A stretch of 64,000 nt of DNA, from assembly GCA_965603825.1 (NCBI GenBank), contig CBFDEM010000033.1, positions 124,001 to 188,000 on the forward strand, given 5' to 3'. This document shows positions 24,028 through 36,244 of the stretch, piece after piece. Every line of letters starts with the position of its first letter. Position 1 is the stretch's first letter. This DNA comes from Blepharisma stoltei ATCC 30299. Taxonomy: Eukaryota; Protista; Ciliophora. A program made the position numbers and the translations under genes. The notes under the pieces were generated by a model. It was not told the DNA's origin. It ran no database searches and saw only the letters and a list, made by a program, of their open reading frames with translations.

Positions 24028-26171
24028 CTACTGATATTTTACAATATCTTTTTCAAAGATTCGTAGCCTATCCAAAATAATATTTACATCCTTGTCATCG
24101 AAATTACTCGATTTAAAAGTGTCTGAAATATTTTCAATAAACGCATTAAATTCGTTCTGAGTTATATTGAAAGGTTGATGAGTTCGCTTAAGTTTTGATC
24201 TCATCCCTATTTCAAGGTTAGGTTTTAAGCAGTGGGTTAAGCCTTTATAAAGAGCGTCCATTTCTTGGTCGTTTCTATTTTCAAAAAACATTGATAGAGT
24301 TGGATGCCGGTGCAGCCTAATAACAGATTCTTTTATTAGTTTATCAGCTACGCTTCCTCAGCTTTTCATAAATTCTCTTAGAAGAAAGACGTTTGTAATG
24401 CGACTTCTCCCTTCGTGTGCAGCTTTGGCACGTTTATCGAAGGTTTTAGAAATATCATCAATATGCTTTGAAGCAATATCAATATATTTTAAGCCTTCAG
24501 CCTTTTCCAGACCTACAAAGCTCAGATTTCTAAATCTATCTTTGTTTCTTGCAGGCTTTACTGGAGGGTCTATTTTTGTTTCTACAAAGTTAGTTATTGG
24601 ATTATCAGGCTTATTCGGCGAAATTCCTATCATATTATAGGGGATTCTTCCCAAACTATCTGACCGTCTTTGGGCTAAATAAAATTTCAAGTTCTCTTCA
24701 GAGGACTGATTTAAATTGAAATTCAATTTTGGATGAATTTCAAGCAAATTTGCTTGATCTTCAAACTCTTTAGCAAGCTTATCAACATAATAGTCTTCTT
24801 GTCTTGTTTTCTCTGGAGGGTGTCTATTTTCTTCTAGAATTTCTTCACCTTCTTCTTCTAGATTAATTTTATGTGTAGACAGATTTAGCTTAATTTTTGG
24901 AATTGTTTTTATTCTTTCATTTTTTACTTTCGGCAGACTTTTTCGTTTTTTTATAGCAGCTTTCGAGTCTCCTTTAATTTTATGGCCTTTGCAAGACAAT
25001 AAAATTCAATTGTTGTTTTGGTCTCTTATAAAATCAGTAAAAAGCTCTTGGAGGTTATTTACCTTTTTTAGATAAAAATTGTTAATAATAAAGCAAAGCA
25101 AAGAAAGTGCTTTGCTAAGCTCAGGGATAGTTTGGTGGCTTATAATAACTCTATAGGTCCCTGGTAAGGAATACTGAACCACAAATTTTTGATATTCAAA
25201 TTGGTTATCTTCCTCAGGATTTTGGCCTTGAAAAGGATTTTTGTCGGTTTCTTTTGTATGATTTTCAAGAAAATAGCTTTGGGTTAAAAAATCTTCATTT
25301 AGATAAATTTGTGATTTACTGCCTGCTAAATGGGATCTTTTTTTCATAGGAGTTGTATGAGGCTTTAAGCCTCCATTAAAAATGCTTTTGTAAGGGAGTG
25401 AAACAGAAAATGAGCTAGACTGCAAATTGCTTGTATAGCTATAAGGAATTTCTTTATTGCTTCGGCTTTGTGTTTTTCTTGAGTAATTTTGACGAGGGTA
25501 TATATAGTTTTGTTCAATAGGGTTTATATTTGACATACTGTAAATCGTTTGAGGTTTTTTATAAACTCAATGGACTCTTACCTTTGACGCATAGTTGCTA
25601 ATAGGTGGGATAAACCTTTGAAGTCTATGATAATAATGAGGGCATTCCTCAAAAAGTTTTCTTGCTTCTTCTGCTGTATAGCACACCCTAATTTTGTCAT
25701 TCATCGCAAAATGGATGTATTTAGGTACTTTATACTTAGATATTGCTATATTTCCTTCTGATTTTTCAAAAAATCTATCAATTGCTTTGCTACTTTGTTC
25801 AGAAACTATCGGTCCTGTAGGGTGGTTATAGAGAAAAATAGGTAAACGCTGAGAGGATATATATAATAGCGTTTCAGGGATTTTTACATCGACTCCAAAA
25901 TTATGACAGCAATTCGCTAATAATAAATAAATTTCTGGGCCATCTCGGCAGTTTTTTAGCAAATTTTGGATTTGTTCAGTTTCTTTTACAGCTTTCTTTT
26001 CTAAAAGTAAAGAAACTTTGTCAGATTGTGACTGACAAATCAGCTTTAAAGGCGACTGTGTAGCATTGTGCAGGATTTCTTTTAAAGCTTCGATTTCTCT
26101 TCTTATCTCAACAGTCCTGATTGATGCCTAAAGGTAAATCTTACTCGATCATCATTCGAAGAATCAGTCAT
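24028..26171 (-). CDS. ~708-aa protein: ATP-grasp/TTL-like region fused to a C-terminal group-I truncated (2/2) haemoglobin
   Basis: Four track ORFs (25567-25962, 25006-25536, 24358-24999, 24028-24291) are one frame linked by TGA=Trp. Globin motifs HPTLSMFF, LKRTHQPFNITQNEFNAFIENI..TF, ..EKDIV. Start 26171 needs a 17-nt intron (26128-26144). Confidence 0.78.
26128..26144 (-). other. Putative 17-nt intron
   Basis: gtaagatttacctttag, A at position 10; joins MTDSSNDDR to the long frame. Confidence 0.65.
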
Positions 26172-26631
26172 AAGTGACACAAATTAAAAGTAATTAAATT
26201 AATACCAGGAAAAATTCTTGTTAAATTCGAAGAAAGCTGTTTATAGAGCAAAAAATTAATTAAATAGAAGAAAGGATTGTTTATGAAATGAAAATCAGCA
26301 TTTTTATGAAAAATATAGCATTTCTCAAGCTTGAGATTTATTAGAAAAATTGTTTTGATTGAGCTTAATTCCATATTATAATTATTAATTGAAATTTAAG
26401 AAGATATTTAAAGATGATTTATTTATTTTTAAATATTTACAATAATCCGCAATATATATATAAAAACTAAAATTAAATTTATTTTTATCAAATTGAAAAT
26501 TTGAATAATATTACAGTCTTAAAACTATATTATATTCAATTTTTTTCTGGCATCTGCATAATTATCTCACCTAAAATCCTCTTCAATCTATTAATAAAAA
26601 ACAATAATAAATTCTTTAAATAATAACCAAC

Positions 26632-28272
26632 ATGGGAGTCTGTTGCCAAAAGGAATATTCTTCTTCAAAACGGCTTATTTCCCCAACCTCATACTCCAAA
26701 ACCACAATATTAAAATCCTCATACCCTGACAGTATCTCCAAGTATTACACTTTTATCCGTACAATAGGCTATGGGGCTTTTGGGACCGTCAGAGAAGCCA
26801 CCCGCATTAATTCATACGAAGTCCCTATCCACGAAACTACTGAAAAGCACTACGCAATAAAATCAATCAACAAAAACAAAGTAAAAAATTATTTAAAATC
26901 TCTACAGAACGAAATCAGCATTCTTCATATATTAGATCACCCAAATATAGCCAGGCTCTATGAAATTTATGAGGACGAAATGTATATTCATTTGGTTTCT
27001 GAGTATTGTGACGGAGGTGATTTATTAGAAAATTGATCTGCACATAGGATTTCTTCTGAAGCAGAAATTGCGAGAACTATCCAGAGGGTTTTATTAGCCA
27101 TAAATCATCTGCATAGCATGCATATATGCCATAGAGACATAAAGCCTGAAAATATTTTATTTTTAAATAATCAGCCAAATTCTGAAATCAAAGTTATTGA
27201 TTTTGGGTTCGCGAATAAATTTTTGGGAACAGAAATGGACTCTTTTGTAGGGTCTCCAAGATATTTAGCTCCAGAAGTAATTAAAGGAAGCTATGGAAAG
27301 CAATGTGATATTTGGTCTGTAGGAGTTATGATGTATTTTTTATTAGTAGGAAAATTCCCATTTTCTGGGAATTCGATGCATGACCAATTTAAGAAAATTT
27401 TAAAAGGAGATTTTTGTATTAATAATCCTGGATGAACTTCAATGTCTGCAGAAGCACAAGATTTGATATATAAAATGCTAGTATTAGACCCTGATAACCG
27501 TATTACTGCAGCACAAGCACTGAATCATAGCTGGTTTAAATCAGTTAATGAAAAAATATATCCAATTGATCAACAAATTTTTCAGTCAATTAAAAAATAT
27601 AAAGATAAAGGAAAATTATGAAATATTGCTATGAAAGTTTTAGTAAGAAATCTTTCTCAAGAACAAATAGAAGACCTAAAGACTGCATTTCATGAAATTG
27701 ATAGAGAAAAAACTGGATTTGTGAGGGCCGAAGATATACAAGCTTGCATGGAAAAGAATGGATATCAAATGGCTAAAGAAGAATTCAATAATTTACTCCA
27801 AAAAATTGAATATATAGGAAAAGGCAAATTAAATTATACTCAATTTCTCATAGCAGCCCTAGACAGAAAAAAAATTATTGACGAAGAAAACACATGGATG
27901 ACTTTCAGGTATTTTGATATTAACGCTGATGGGAAAATCTGTTTAAATGATCTGAAAAGTGCTATAGAAAAAGCAGGGTGCTATATATCAGAAACTGAAT
28001 ATCGAGAATTACTGCAAGAATTTGAGCTGAAATTTGATGAGGATATTAGTTATGAAGATTTTGCTGATATTATGAACTGTAAAGATTATTTAGGTTTTAC
28101 TGATGTTTCAAGCTCTTATTGTACAGAGATTGATGATAATAGCTTAAAAGTCCCAGTAAGAAAGTTAAGCACAAAGCGCTTGACGAATAGAAGATGCTCA
28201 GTTGTAGAAGCAATGAAAAGGGCAAGGAGAAGTACAATGGATCCACAATTATCGTCAACTCAAATTATTTAA
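26632..28272 (+). CDS. Calcium-dependent protein kinase (CDPK), 546 aa
   Basis: MGVCC acylation motif, GYGAFG, AIK, HRDIKPEN, DFG, APE, then EF-hands (DREKTG, DINADG); one frame with TGA=Trp. Confidence 0.95.
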
Positions 28273-28401
28273 GCTATTTGCTAATAATATAAATACAAAA
28301 AATACTTAAAATTCATAATTTTAAATTAATTAAAAATAATTATCATATAAATTCATGATAAATAAAAAATTCTTCCCCAATGTAATTATTTTTATTCTTA
28401 A

Positions 28402-29016
28402 TTATTTCCAATTTTTCACAAATCTGATTACTGGGCTTTCAGGGTTTCTGTTCTCAGGGTCGCTAAACTCTGAAGGAATTACAGTCACTTGCCATCCTCT
28501 TTCCTGTGCCATTTTATAAAAATCTAAATCCCTTGACATTCTTACTTCATTACACAGCAAAATCAAAGAGTTCGGTTTTGATACTATATCAAGTGTATCA
28601 AGGAGTGGGCCAAACAGTGTAGGATCATAGACTAAATCAGTGCCTATAATTAAATCAAATTTCCCGATATTACTCGGATGGAACCAGTCTAGTTCTTTAC
28701 TCCTTGCGTTTTTCAGACAATTGCAGTCTATATTCGTATCAATTAAAGAGATATGAGATCTATGGTCTGTTAGCGTAACCTGGCAATTCGGATTAAGCAG
28801 GGCAGTTGCAATTCCACAGAGTCCAGTCCCACTGCCAAGCTCAACAACGTTTTTCACGTTAGAGAAAACATGCTTTTGATGCTTGGCTAAGAACTTGCTT
28901 AAAATAAAAGCTGCATCCCAGACCATGCCTCCAATACCTACGTTTCCTTCTTGCTCGATGTTAATCTTTATTCCTCCTATTTCGAATTCCTTGAGAAACA
29001 TAGGAAGGAGCGACAT
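28402..29016 (-). CDS. METTL21-family protein lysine methyltransferase
   Basis: VWDAA, VVELGSGTG, LTD, LDW, DLIIGTDLVY motifs. Confidence 0.92.
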   Translation of the reverse strand: MSLLPMFLKEFEIGGIKINIEQEGNVGIGGMVWDAAFILSKFLAKHQKHVFSNVKNVVELGSGTGLCGIATALLNPNCQVTLTDHRSHISLIDTNIDCNCLKNARSKELDWFHPSNIGKFDLIIGTDLVYDPTLFGPLLDTLDIVSKPNSLILLCNEVRMSRDLDFYKMAQERGWQVTVIPSEFSDPENRNPESPVIRFVKNWK

Positions 29017-29059
29017 TATTTCTTATATAAAATGGATAATGAAATATTTATTAATTTGC

Positions 29060-29668
29060 TTAATCTTCTGCATCCAAACCTTCTTTGTCTTCTTCATCAG
29101 CTTCTGCATGATATCCCTTCTCGAAAATTTCTTTTCCAGACGGTTTGCTCCACACATCTTGATAAGTGAGTCCATTTATGTAAGGCTGGGCTTTTAAAAG
29201 CTCTCTGTCATTTTCTTCTTTTATTTTCAGCTCTCTATTATACTGTTCTTGCCAAGCTAAAAATGATTCTGGGGTAACTGGTGTGTAGGTATCATAAACT
29301 TTTTTGACGACTTCTACTATTTTTTCTTCCTCTTCAGCTGAATATTGATTATTAAGCCATTCTCTGATACCTTCTATAAGATCAAACATCATAGGATTAC
29401 CCATGTCTCTGTCAATAATATCACTTACAACTTGATTTAAAGGCTCTATTGCATTGCGGTCTAGGTCATATAGAGGCTTTAAGGTGTAGCTTGGAGCTTC
29501 TCTTGGATAGTCTGGGTTTAAGAAAATAGATAGTTTTATCCCAATTGAGTTTTCTTCTCCAGGATTAGGCTCAATTATGACATCAAATGAAGTTTCTGTT
29601 TGCTTTGTGATGAGGTCTGGGAAGATTAGCTCTAACGCACTGTATTCTTCAAGCTGCTCATCATTCAT
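29060..29668 (-). CDS. RWD-domain protein (RWDD1/Gir2-like)
   Basis: Q.EE..ALELIFP, YP..AP, G.PMMFDL, TPVT.ESF..W, SGK.IFE. Confidence 0.88.
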   Translation of the reverse strand: MNDEQLEEYSALELIFPDLITKQTETSFDVIIEPNPGEENSIGIKLSIFLNPDYPREAPSYTLKPLYDLDRNAIEPLNQVVSDIIDRDMGNPMMFDLIEGIREWLNNQYSAEEEEKIVEVVKKVYDTYTPVTPESFLAWQEQYNRELKIKEENDRELLKAQPYINGLTYQDVWSKPSGKEIFEKGYHAEADEEDKEGLDAED

Positions 29669-29726
29669 TTTTGATTATATATTTTACTCTTAATAATTAA
29701 TAAAACACAAAATTACTGAAAAGTTG

Positions 29727-30974
29727 TTAAGCTTTAGCCTGGGTTGCTTTCTCAAACAGCGAATCCACTACTAAATTCAAAGTATCCAAGAATTTCAATG
29801 AAGTATCATATAGCTTTGAAGTAGGTGGGTCATCATAAACAATTAAGCATCCAATGCCTTGGTCTAATGTCCCTTCAAACTTCTTATCCAAAATCATCTG
29901 AGAAAGCTTGTCTGTGACTGAATCTTCAGGCAGCCCAATCAGCTCTGCAATATGGCTTAACTCTACCTTGCTAAATGGCTCTATAATCCTAATCAAATGC
30001 TGCTCAAGCATTGTGTCATATAAAGCTTGTATGTGTCTATTTACCACACTATCCCCTTCCAACTCATCTCTGTAGCTCTGTAAAATAGCTTGGAACTCGT
30101 GAAGGCTGCGAATTTCGTGGGCGTGGGCTACAGCTTTCATAGCGTCGATTTCTCTGCCAGTATATTTAATCCCTCCTTTGGTATTTATAAGGGCATATGC
30201 ATCTTCTGGCTTATTGCACATAATTTTTGACATCAACATATATTTTAATGCTTGCAAGGCCCTTGGATCTTCTACACTATTAAACCCTTCATGGGCTTCA
30301 TAAAAATAAGAAAAACCAGTCCTATAGTCTTTTTCTTCACAGTTTAAAATTCCTGACATTAAGTCTATTTCTGCTTGCAAAATTGGTGGGCAATATATCG
30401 AGTTTGCACAAGACCTAGATGACGTCAAAGCAGCTTTAGCCCTTGGGACGTTTTCTAGCTTATGATAAACTTTGCTTTCTATTAGCTGGATTTCTACTAG
30501 CTGCAGCTTATCATCAAGCTTTTTTACCTCTTTTAATAAGACGCTCAAAGAATCTAAAGCTTCCTTATATCTGTTACTATCAAGATAAAGCTGGGCAAGC
30601 TTGGTCTCTAGCCTTTGTCTTAAAAACGCGCGCTTTTCTTCATTACACCATGCAATGGAGTCTTCACAAAGCTTTATCTGCAAAGCCAAAGAGTCTGGGA
30701 TCAGTGAAGAATAGTCTATAAGTGATCGGACAATTTTGGCTGTTTTTGCCTTAGGAAATGCATTGAATAATGGGCGGATTTCTTCAACAAGATAGGCAAG
30801 ATCGCTAGCTCGGTGCTGTTTTGCCAGGACTTCTCCTAATGCAAGAACTGCAGCTTCTTTAACCCTAGCATTTTCTTCTTCAGGAAGCTCAGTATGAATA
30901 AGAGTTCTTAGCAGCGAAATCCCAGACTCCGGGTCAGTTTTGAGAAGTTCTTTGGCTCTTTTTAGGTCTTCCAT
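29727..30974 (-). CDS. RPN6: 26S proteasome lid subunit Rpn6/PSMD11
   Basis: KAKTAKIVR.L.D, LKEVKKLDDK..LVE, KAALT..R..ANSIYCPP, IEPFS.V, LSQMILDKKF.G.LDQG. Confidence 0.97.
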   Translation of the reverse strand: MEDLKRAKELLKTDPESGISLLRTLIHTELPEEENARVKEAAVLALGEVLAKQHRASDLAYLVEEIRPLFNAFPKAKTAKIVRSLIDYSSLIPDSLALQIKLCEDSIAWCNEEKRAFLRQRLETKLAQLYLDSNRYKEALDSLSVLLKEVKKLDDKLQLVEIQLIESKVYHKLENVPRAKAALTSSRSCANSIYCPPILQAEIDLMSGILNCEEKDYRTGFSYFYEAHEGFNSVEDPRALQALKYMLMSKIMCNKPEDAYALINTKGGIKYTGREIDAMKAVAHAHEIRSLHEFQAILQSYRDELEGDSVVNRHIQALYDTMLEQHLIRIIEPFSKVELSHIAELIGLPEDSVTDKLSQMILDKKFEGTLDQGIGCLIVYDDPPTSKLYDTSLKFLDTLNLVVDSLFEKATQAKA

Positions 30975-31000
30975 ATTAAAAGAAAGATTATTAAGGGTTT

Positions 31001-31738
31001 CTATTTAGATAATTCATGGGATCGCTCTTCTAAGTCGAAACGTAACTTGATTTTTATGTCTGAATAAGGGTCTTTTTTGGGAATTAAATAAAGCTCTTGT
31101 AAAGCAGCTATGATTCCTTGGTAGGAGAAGTCAGATCTGTATGGACAAATTGTGTATTTTCCATCACTTTTTAGTAAGCGATCCATCATTTTGTCATAAA
31201 AAGAAGGGTTGAGGGCCGGGGGAATATAGATTTCGATCCATGGAAAATAGTTGATGGAGCGTTTACGGCAGAATGATGCATGCTCTGCACAATTAATTTT
31301 CATAAAGGAAACATGGCTAAGTAAAATTTACTGAGAATATTCAATTGCTGCTTTGTGGAAATCAGATTGCAGGACTTCAGAGAAAGGATCTCCAGGCAAA
31401 AACATAAAAGTAATCACTGGCTTCCCTGTATCGACAACGCTGTAAATTTGATCTTCACTTCTGAAATGAGTAATAAAATCATTAAAGTTTACTCTTTGTG
31501 AGACTGAGTAGCCTACTCAATGGGCAAATAAAGCGACTGGTATAAAGCCAAGGGTTCCTTTGATGATTTTTTTAATAGTAAAATGTGTAGTTGAAGGATC
31601 TCGGTAGATTTTGCCTTTGAGTCGTTGAGTAATAGTTGGAAGAGGTGACAGGAAAACCGATTTCTTGATGAAAGTCTTAGTAATTCATTTCTTGAGCTCT
31701 CTTAGGAAGAATCTAAATTTCCCAGGCTGAGGGTTCAT
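31001..31738 (-). CDS. Thioredoxin-like fold protein lacking CxxC, basic N-terminus and one hydrophobic segment, 240 aa; intron 31317-31331
   Basis: ATG 31738; KPVITFMFLPGDPFS in place of WCxxC; FMKINC..H..FC....I.YFP.I.IY. Confidence 0.72.
31317..31331 (-). other. 15-nt spliceosomal intron
   Basis: gtaaattttacttag; removes an in-frame TAA. Confidence 0.88.
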
Positions 31739-31995
31739 TGAAAAATTAATATTTCCATTTTCATGCAATTTGCCAATGATTATCGCATAAAACTTAAAAT
31801 AGATTATAAATAAACAATTTTAACTTTTAATAAATTATTAATTCTATGTATTTTCAGAATAATTTATAAGTTTATATCATTCATACATTAAAATCACGAT
31901 TATTATTTATTTTTCATAACTTTCTAATTTATCAAATTAATCCAAAGCCCTCTTATTATGTTAGAGAATTTTCTTTTAATTACTTCAAATGAAAA

Positions 31996-32973
31996 ATGCA
32001 AAATTTTGAAGCACTCAAAAAGCCATGCAAACCAGGTGGAGTTTTTAGTCCTCCAGCCTCACCAAAGATAGAAAACACCACATTAGTGTTAACTCCAGAA
32101 TTTTCCCAACCTTCTCCATCTCTTCCTGTATTTCATAGAAGAGCTTATAGTAGAGAATCTCCACAAACTCAAAAGAGTTTAGTCGAGCATTATTCAAACG
32201 AAAACAAGTGGCTTGTACAACGCATTATGCAGCTTGAACAAGAACAAGAGAATATTTTATTTGAACATCAAAAATTGTTACATCAATATAACGACGAATT
32301 AAAGCAGAAAATAAAGAAATGGGAAACCATAATAAAAAACAAAGACAAATATATCAAAGAGCTGGAAAAGCAAATCGACAACCTACACAAGGAAAACGAC
32401 TCATTAAAGGATTCTCCTTCAAAATACAAAATGTATAGATTAGATCTGATTTTAGAATGCGAACAAAATTTAAGACAATATCTTGAAAATTTATCAAGAA
32501 TTACAGAGGATAACGCAGAAATCGATGAATTTGTAGCCAATGAGCTTTATTTATTAGACCAAGAAGAGTTTACGATGCCAACACTAGCAGATGAAGGCTA
32601 TGAAGTTAGCGCTATACAAGAAGAAGGAAGAGTTATGTCACTAGGTCAAACTGAATTTGAGCCGATTTATATCTCAGAATGCTCAGTTGGCTATAATGGA
32701 AACAAATTTATCTCAACTTTTACCAGTGATCAGCTTGAAAATTTTGATCTCCAAAGCATAAACTGTTCTGCATCCCCCTGCGACACCGAAATAATGCTTC
32801 TCCAACAAATCCGAGACAAAGACGAAGAAATTGCTAAACACAAAGAGTTTATTAAAAAACTGAAAAGCTCTTTAGAAAATATGCTGCAGGAGCACACCAT
32901 TTCAAGAATTGAAATGGTCAAAAACAAGCTTGAAATAAGAGAGCTTAAAGAAAAACTCGCTGTTTTTGGCTAA
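31996..32973 (+). CDS. Coiled-coil hypothetical protein, 325 aa
   Basis: ATG to TAA ORF, heptad-rich. Confidence 0.75.
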   Translation: MQNFEALKKPCKPGGVFSPPASPKIENTTLVLTPEFSQPSPSLPVFHRRAYSRESPQTQKSLVEHYSNENKWLVQRIMQLEQEQENILFEHQKLLHQYNDELKQKIKKWETIIKNKDKYIKELEKQIDNLHKENDSLKDSPSKYKMYRLDLILECEQNLRQYLENLSRITEDNAEIDEFVANELYLLDQEEFTMPTLADEGYEVSAIQEEGRVMSLGQTEFEPIYISECSVGYNGNKFISTFTSDQLENFDLQSINCSASPCDTEIMLLQQIRDKDEEIAKHKEFIKKLKSSLENMLQEHTISRIEMVKNKLEIRELKEKLAVFG

Positions 32974-32997
32974 ATAATAATGATTTTTCTATTAGTT

Positions 32998-35931
32998 TTA
33001 CTCGAATGTTCTTCCACCTTGTTGGGTTAAAAATTCTTGAACTTGAGGAGGAACTTCTCCAACATAACTAAACTCGCTGATATCTTCAACTGCTTTAGCT
33101 TTCTTGTTCTTAGTGTCTTGGACTTTATTTTTCACAGTCAATTTCGCGGATTCTCCTTTAGTTGTCCTTAAAAGCTCTTTCAAAGCGTCAACGCTAAGCA
33201 AGTTTGGATTTCCTAATAATCCATATACAAAATTATCTGAAACAAAAACAATTCCTTTCCCTTCGTCTTTTAACAGCTGTGCGTAAGTCTTCAAATATGA
33301 GAAATAAAGTGTTGGATTTTTCTGGTCACTTTGTACTAAAGCAAGTCTATAGTTAGGATCAGATGCTATACACCTTATTGTCAATTCCAGCAGTTTGAGC
33401 TCTTGCTTCTTTACCTTGGTATCTAATTTCTTATAGTCATTGAAAAACCTTTCTGCAGTCGGCACAATTTCATTAAGTGAAATCCCCCAGAGCTCATTAA
33501 GACTATTAATCACTTTATCCTCTTCATTAAGTCTTGCAATAGCTTTTTCTCCAGCCACATAGTAAAGCCTTACAATCCCGTCAGAAACTCTATGAGTTTT
33601 TAGTAGCCTGATCCAGCCAACCTCAGAAGTATTATCACAATGTGTCCCGCAGCAGGCTTCTGTGTCAACTCCTTCAATATTCACAACTCTTAAGCTGTTT
33701 CCAGGGACAATACCTCCTTGGTATAAATTAAACCCATACTCTTTTTCAGCTTCAGTCTTATTCATGAAGAATTTATTGATCCTGACACAGTTAGAAATGA
33801 TCCTGTTGGCTTCATTTTCAATGGCCATTTCTTCCTCATGGGTAAGAGAACGGTAATGGGTGATATCAAGATGGGCGTTGTCGACTGTTTTTTTAGCACC
33901 GTGCTGCCAGACGTGAGGGCCAAGGACTTTGCGACTTGAAGCATAAACTATATGTGTAGCTGTATGGTGACGTCTAAGCTGGTTACGTCGGTCCATATCA
34001 ATCCACCATTCAACTTCAGCGTTTTTGTGCTCAGATGGATCACCTGGGATAGGATGGTCTAAAATGTGAAGGACACAGTGGCCGACTTTTTGGACGTCAA
34101 GAACTTTGTATTCTTCTCCTTTAAGGACTAATTTTCCTTCATCGTGGTCTTGTCCTCCTGATGTAGGGTAAAATGCACTTTTATCAAGAATTAAAATATT
34201 CAATTGGTTGCCTTGGGACACATTAGGGAAAATCTCGACAACTGAGCTGGTGCCATGGGATAAATGATGATTGGCGTAGTAAAGGCTTTCAGTTTCTTGC
34301 AAATGGGCAGTGTTATAAAGAACAACTTCAGGGGCTTTTGCAGAGGTCTGAGCTCTGTAGTCGATTTCATAATAAAGGTTTCCAGGGACTTCAATTCCTG
34401 ATATCTGAGAAATTACATCAGCTGGGATGCCCCAAGACTGCATTGCTAAGATCCAGTCATCAATAGTCAATTTTCCACTGTTTTTCTTTAGCAATTTTTC
34501 AAGCTTGACTCTTTGTTCTTGATCAGTCTTGGTCCATCTTTCATATTCTCCTTCAATGATGCTTCTGAAGCTCTTATACTCTTTAAATTCTCCATAAATT
34601 TCTCTTAAATCTACCTTATGCATTTGGAATAAGTCAATAAGTCCGTCCATGCCTAATTTTTCCCACCAGCCATTTTTCTTTAATAAGGCAAAAACTCTTC
34701 TCAAAATGTTCCTCACATTGGCGCCACCACCTACGTTACTCGGCAATGAACCATCTTCGATAATCATAAGGACAGTTCTGGTGTGGTCTAGTACAATGTA
34801 CATATCTTTAATAGGAGCAATGGCCGCTTTGACTGTTTCTACAGGAAGGTTTATCATTCCTGCGATGTCTCGCCAAGTCTTGTCGACGTCGTCAACTTCA
34901 TCAATATTAAGTCTGCACGACAATGGGCCGAATTTTTCCCAGACTTCTTGGTTTACATCAATTTCCAGCTTCCCTTTGAGCCAGTTAAAAGCGTTTTTAA
35001 AGACATCCATATAGCTTGTAGGAGTTCCATTGATAAGCCATGGGATTCTTTCCAGTCCAATCCCTACATCGATAACTTTGACTGGGAGTTCTTCTCTTGA
35101 GCCATCAGGAAAAGTCTTATACTGCATAAACACCATGTTTCCGACTTCAAGGCCTCCTACAAAGTACTCGACAGAAGGGCCTAAGTTCCCGCCTCCAGCC
35201 CATACATCTTCAATAAGGGTAATTTGGTCAGGGTCAATCTGTAATTCTTCAATCAGCCATCTTAGGTTAAATTCTACGCATTCTTCTTTGAAAAACACAT
35301 ACTGCCCAGGTAGGTTAAAGACCTGTAATCCCAGCATAATGAAGCCTGAATAATGCCTCCCAGTGATACCTATATTGTCGAGATCATTAAATCTCACTGA
35401 AAATTGTGGACAAATAAGAGGGTTAGCTGGAGCCTTCATTTCGCCTGTCACACAGTAAGGTTGGAAACAGTAAATCCCTGCTGCGACGTATTCGACATCG
35501 TTTCTCCATCTGGCGACAACTGGGTATCTTTCGATTGCTGTGCATGGAATGCGTGCTGACGTCAGCGAGTTTCTGAAGCCTTCCCAAGCTTGGGCGTATG
35601 TGATTTTGTTGCCTTTGGCGCCTTTGCCTGTCCCAACACCTATGAATTGATAAGAACCGACACAATTAGAATCTCCACAAGTGTCACGAGCTTCAGTATG
35701 GCGCCAGTAGTTTGCTCCGCACTTAGGACATTTTGCGCGATGAAAGCCGAATTGAGAGAAGACCTGGGTGGGGTAAAATAGCTCAGGGGTTTTTGCAAAC
35801 TCTGGCTTTGCGAGGTTTTTCATTTCCTATATGGGTTTTACCTTTGCGGTCAGAGTTTTGATGGTAGCTTCTGGCTCCATATTTATATAAGTCATACCTC
35901 GGTGGATGAGCATTCTAGCGAGCTTTAGCAT
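32998..35931 (-). CDS. AARS: Alanyl-tRNA synthetase, archaeal type; in-frame starts at 35931 and 35880; intron 35827-35841
   Basis: N-terminal CxxCG..YW..CGD..C..Y.FIG, YPVVARWRNDV, PANPL, TGRH, WAGGGNLGP, editing HTATH and CCGTH. Confidence 0.96.
35827..35841 (-). other. 15-nt spliceosomal intron
   Basis: gtaaaacccatatag; joins MEPEATIKTLTAK to EMKNLAK. Confidence 0.88.
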
Positions 35932-36244
35932 TTTATAAAATATGAGAGAATTTTGCAAGAGTTAAACGTTAGAATATAAGCACTGAATAAGAGATATCCC
36001 TTATCTCATTATTTATAATCCAATAGTAACTATTTATCTATATATCTATATTCCAATAATTTTGAAAGCTTCTATCGTGCTAAAGCCTTCATTAAATGCC
36101 CCGCAATTTCTATCTTAAGATAATCATATAATTCTTTATTATAAAATTATTAGGCATCTAGAACTCTCAGATTTTCTTTAATTTTAATCGTGAATTAAAT
36201 CCCAACTATAAATTATAGCTAGCTCTATTAGATTTGTTAATCAT

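Noticed and set aside
35875-35897. Possible intron gtatgactta..ggag in the AlaRS leader
   Set aside because: It would be 23 nt and shift the frame; the unspliced sequence is already in frame.
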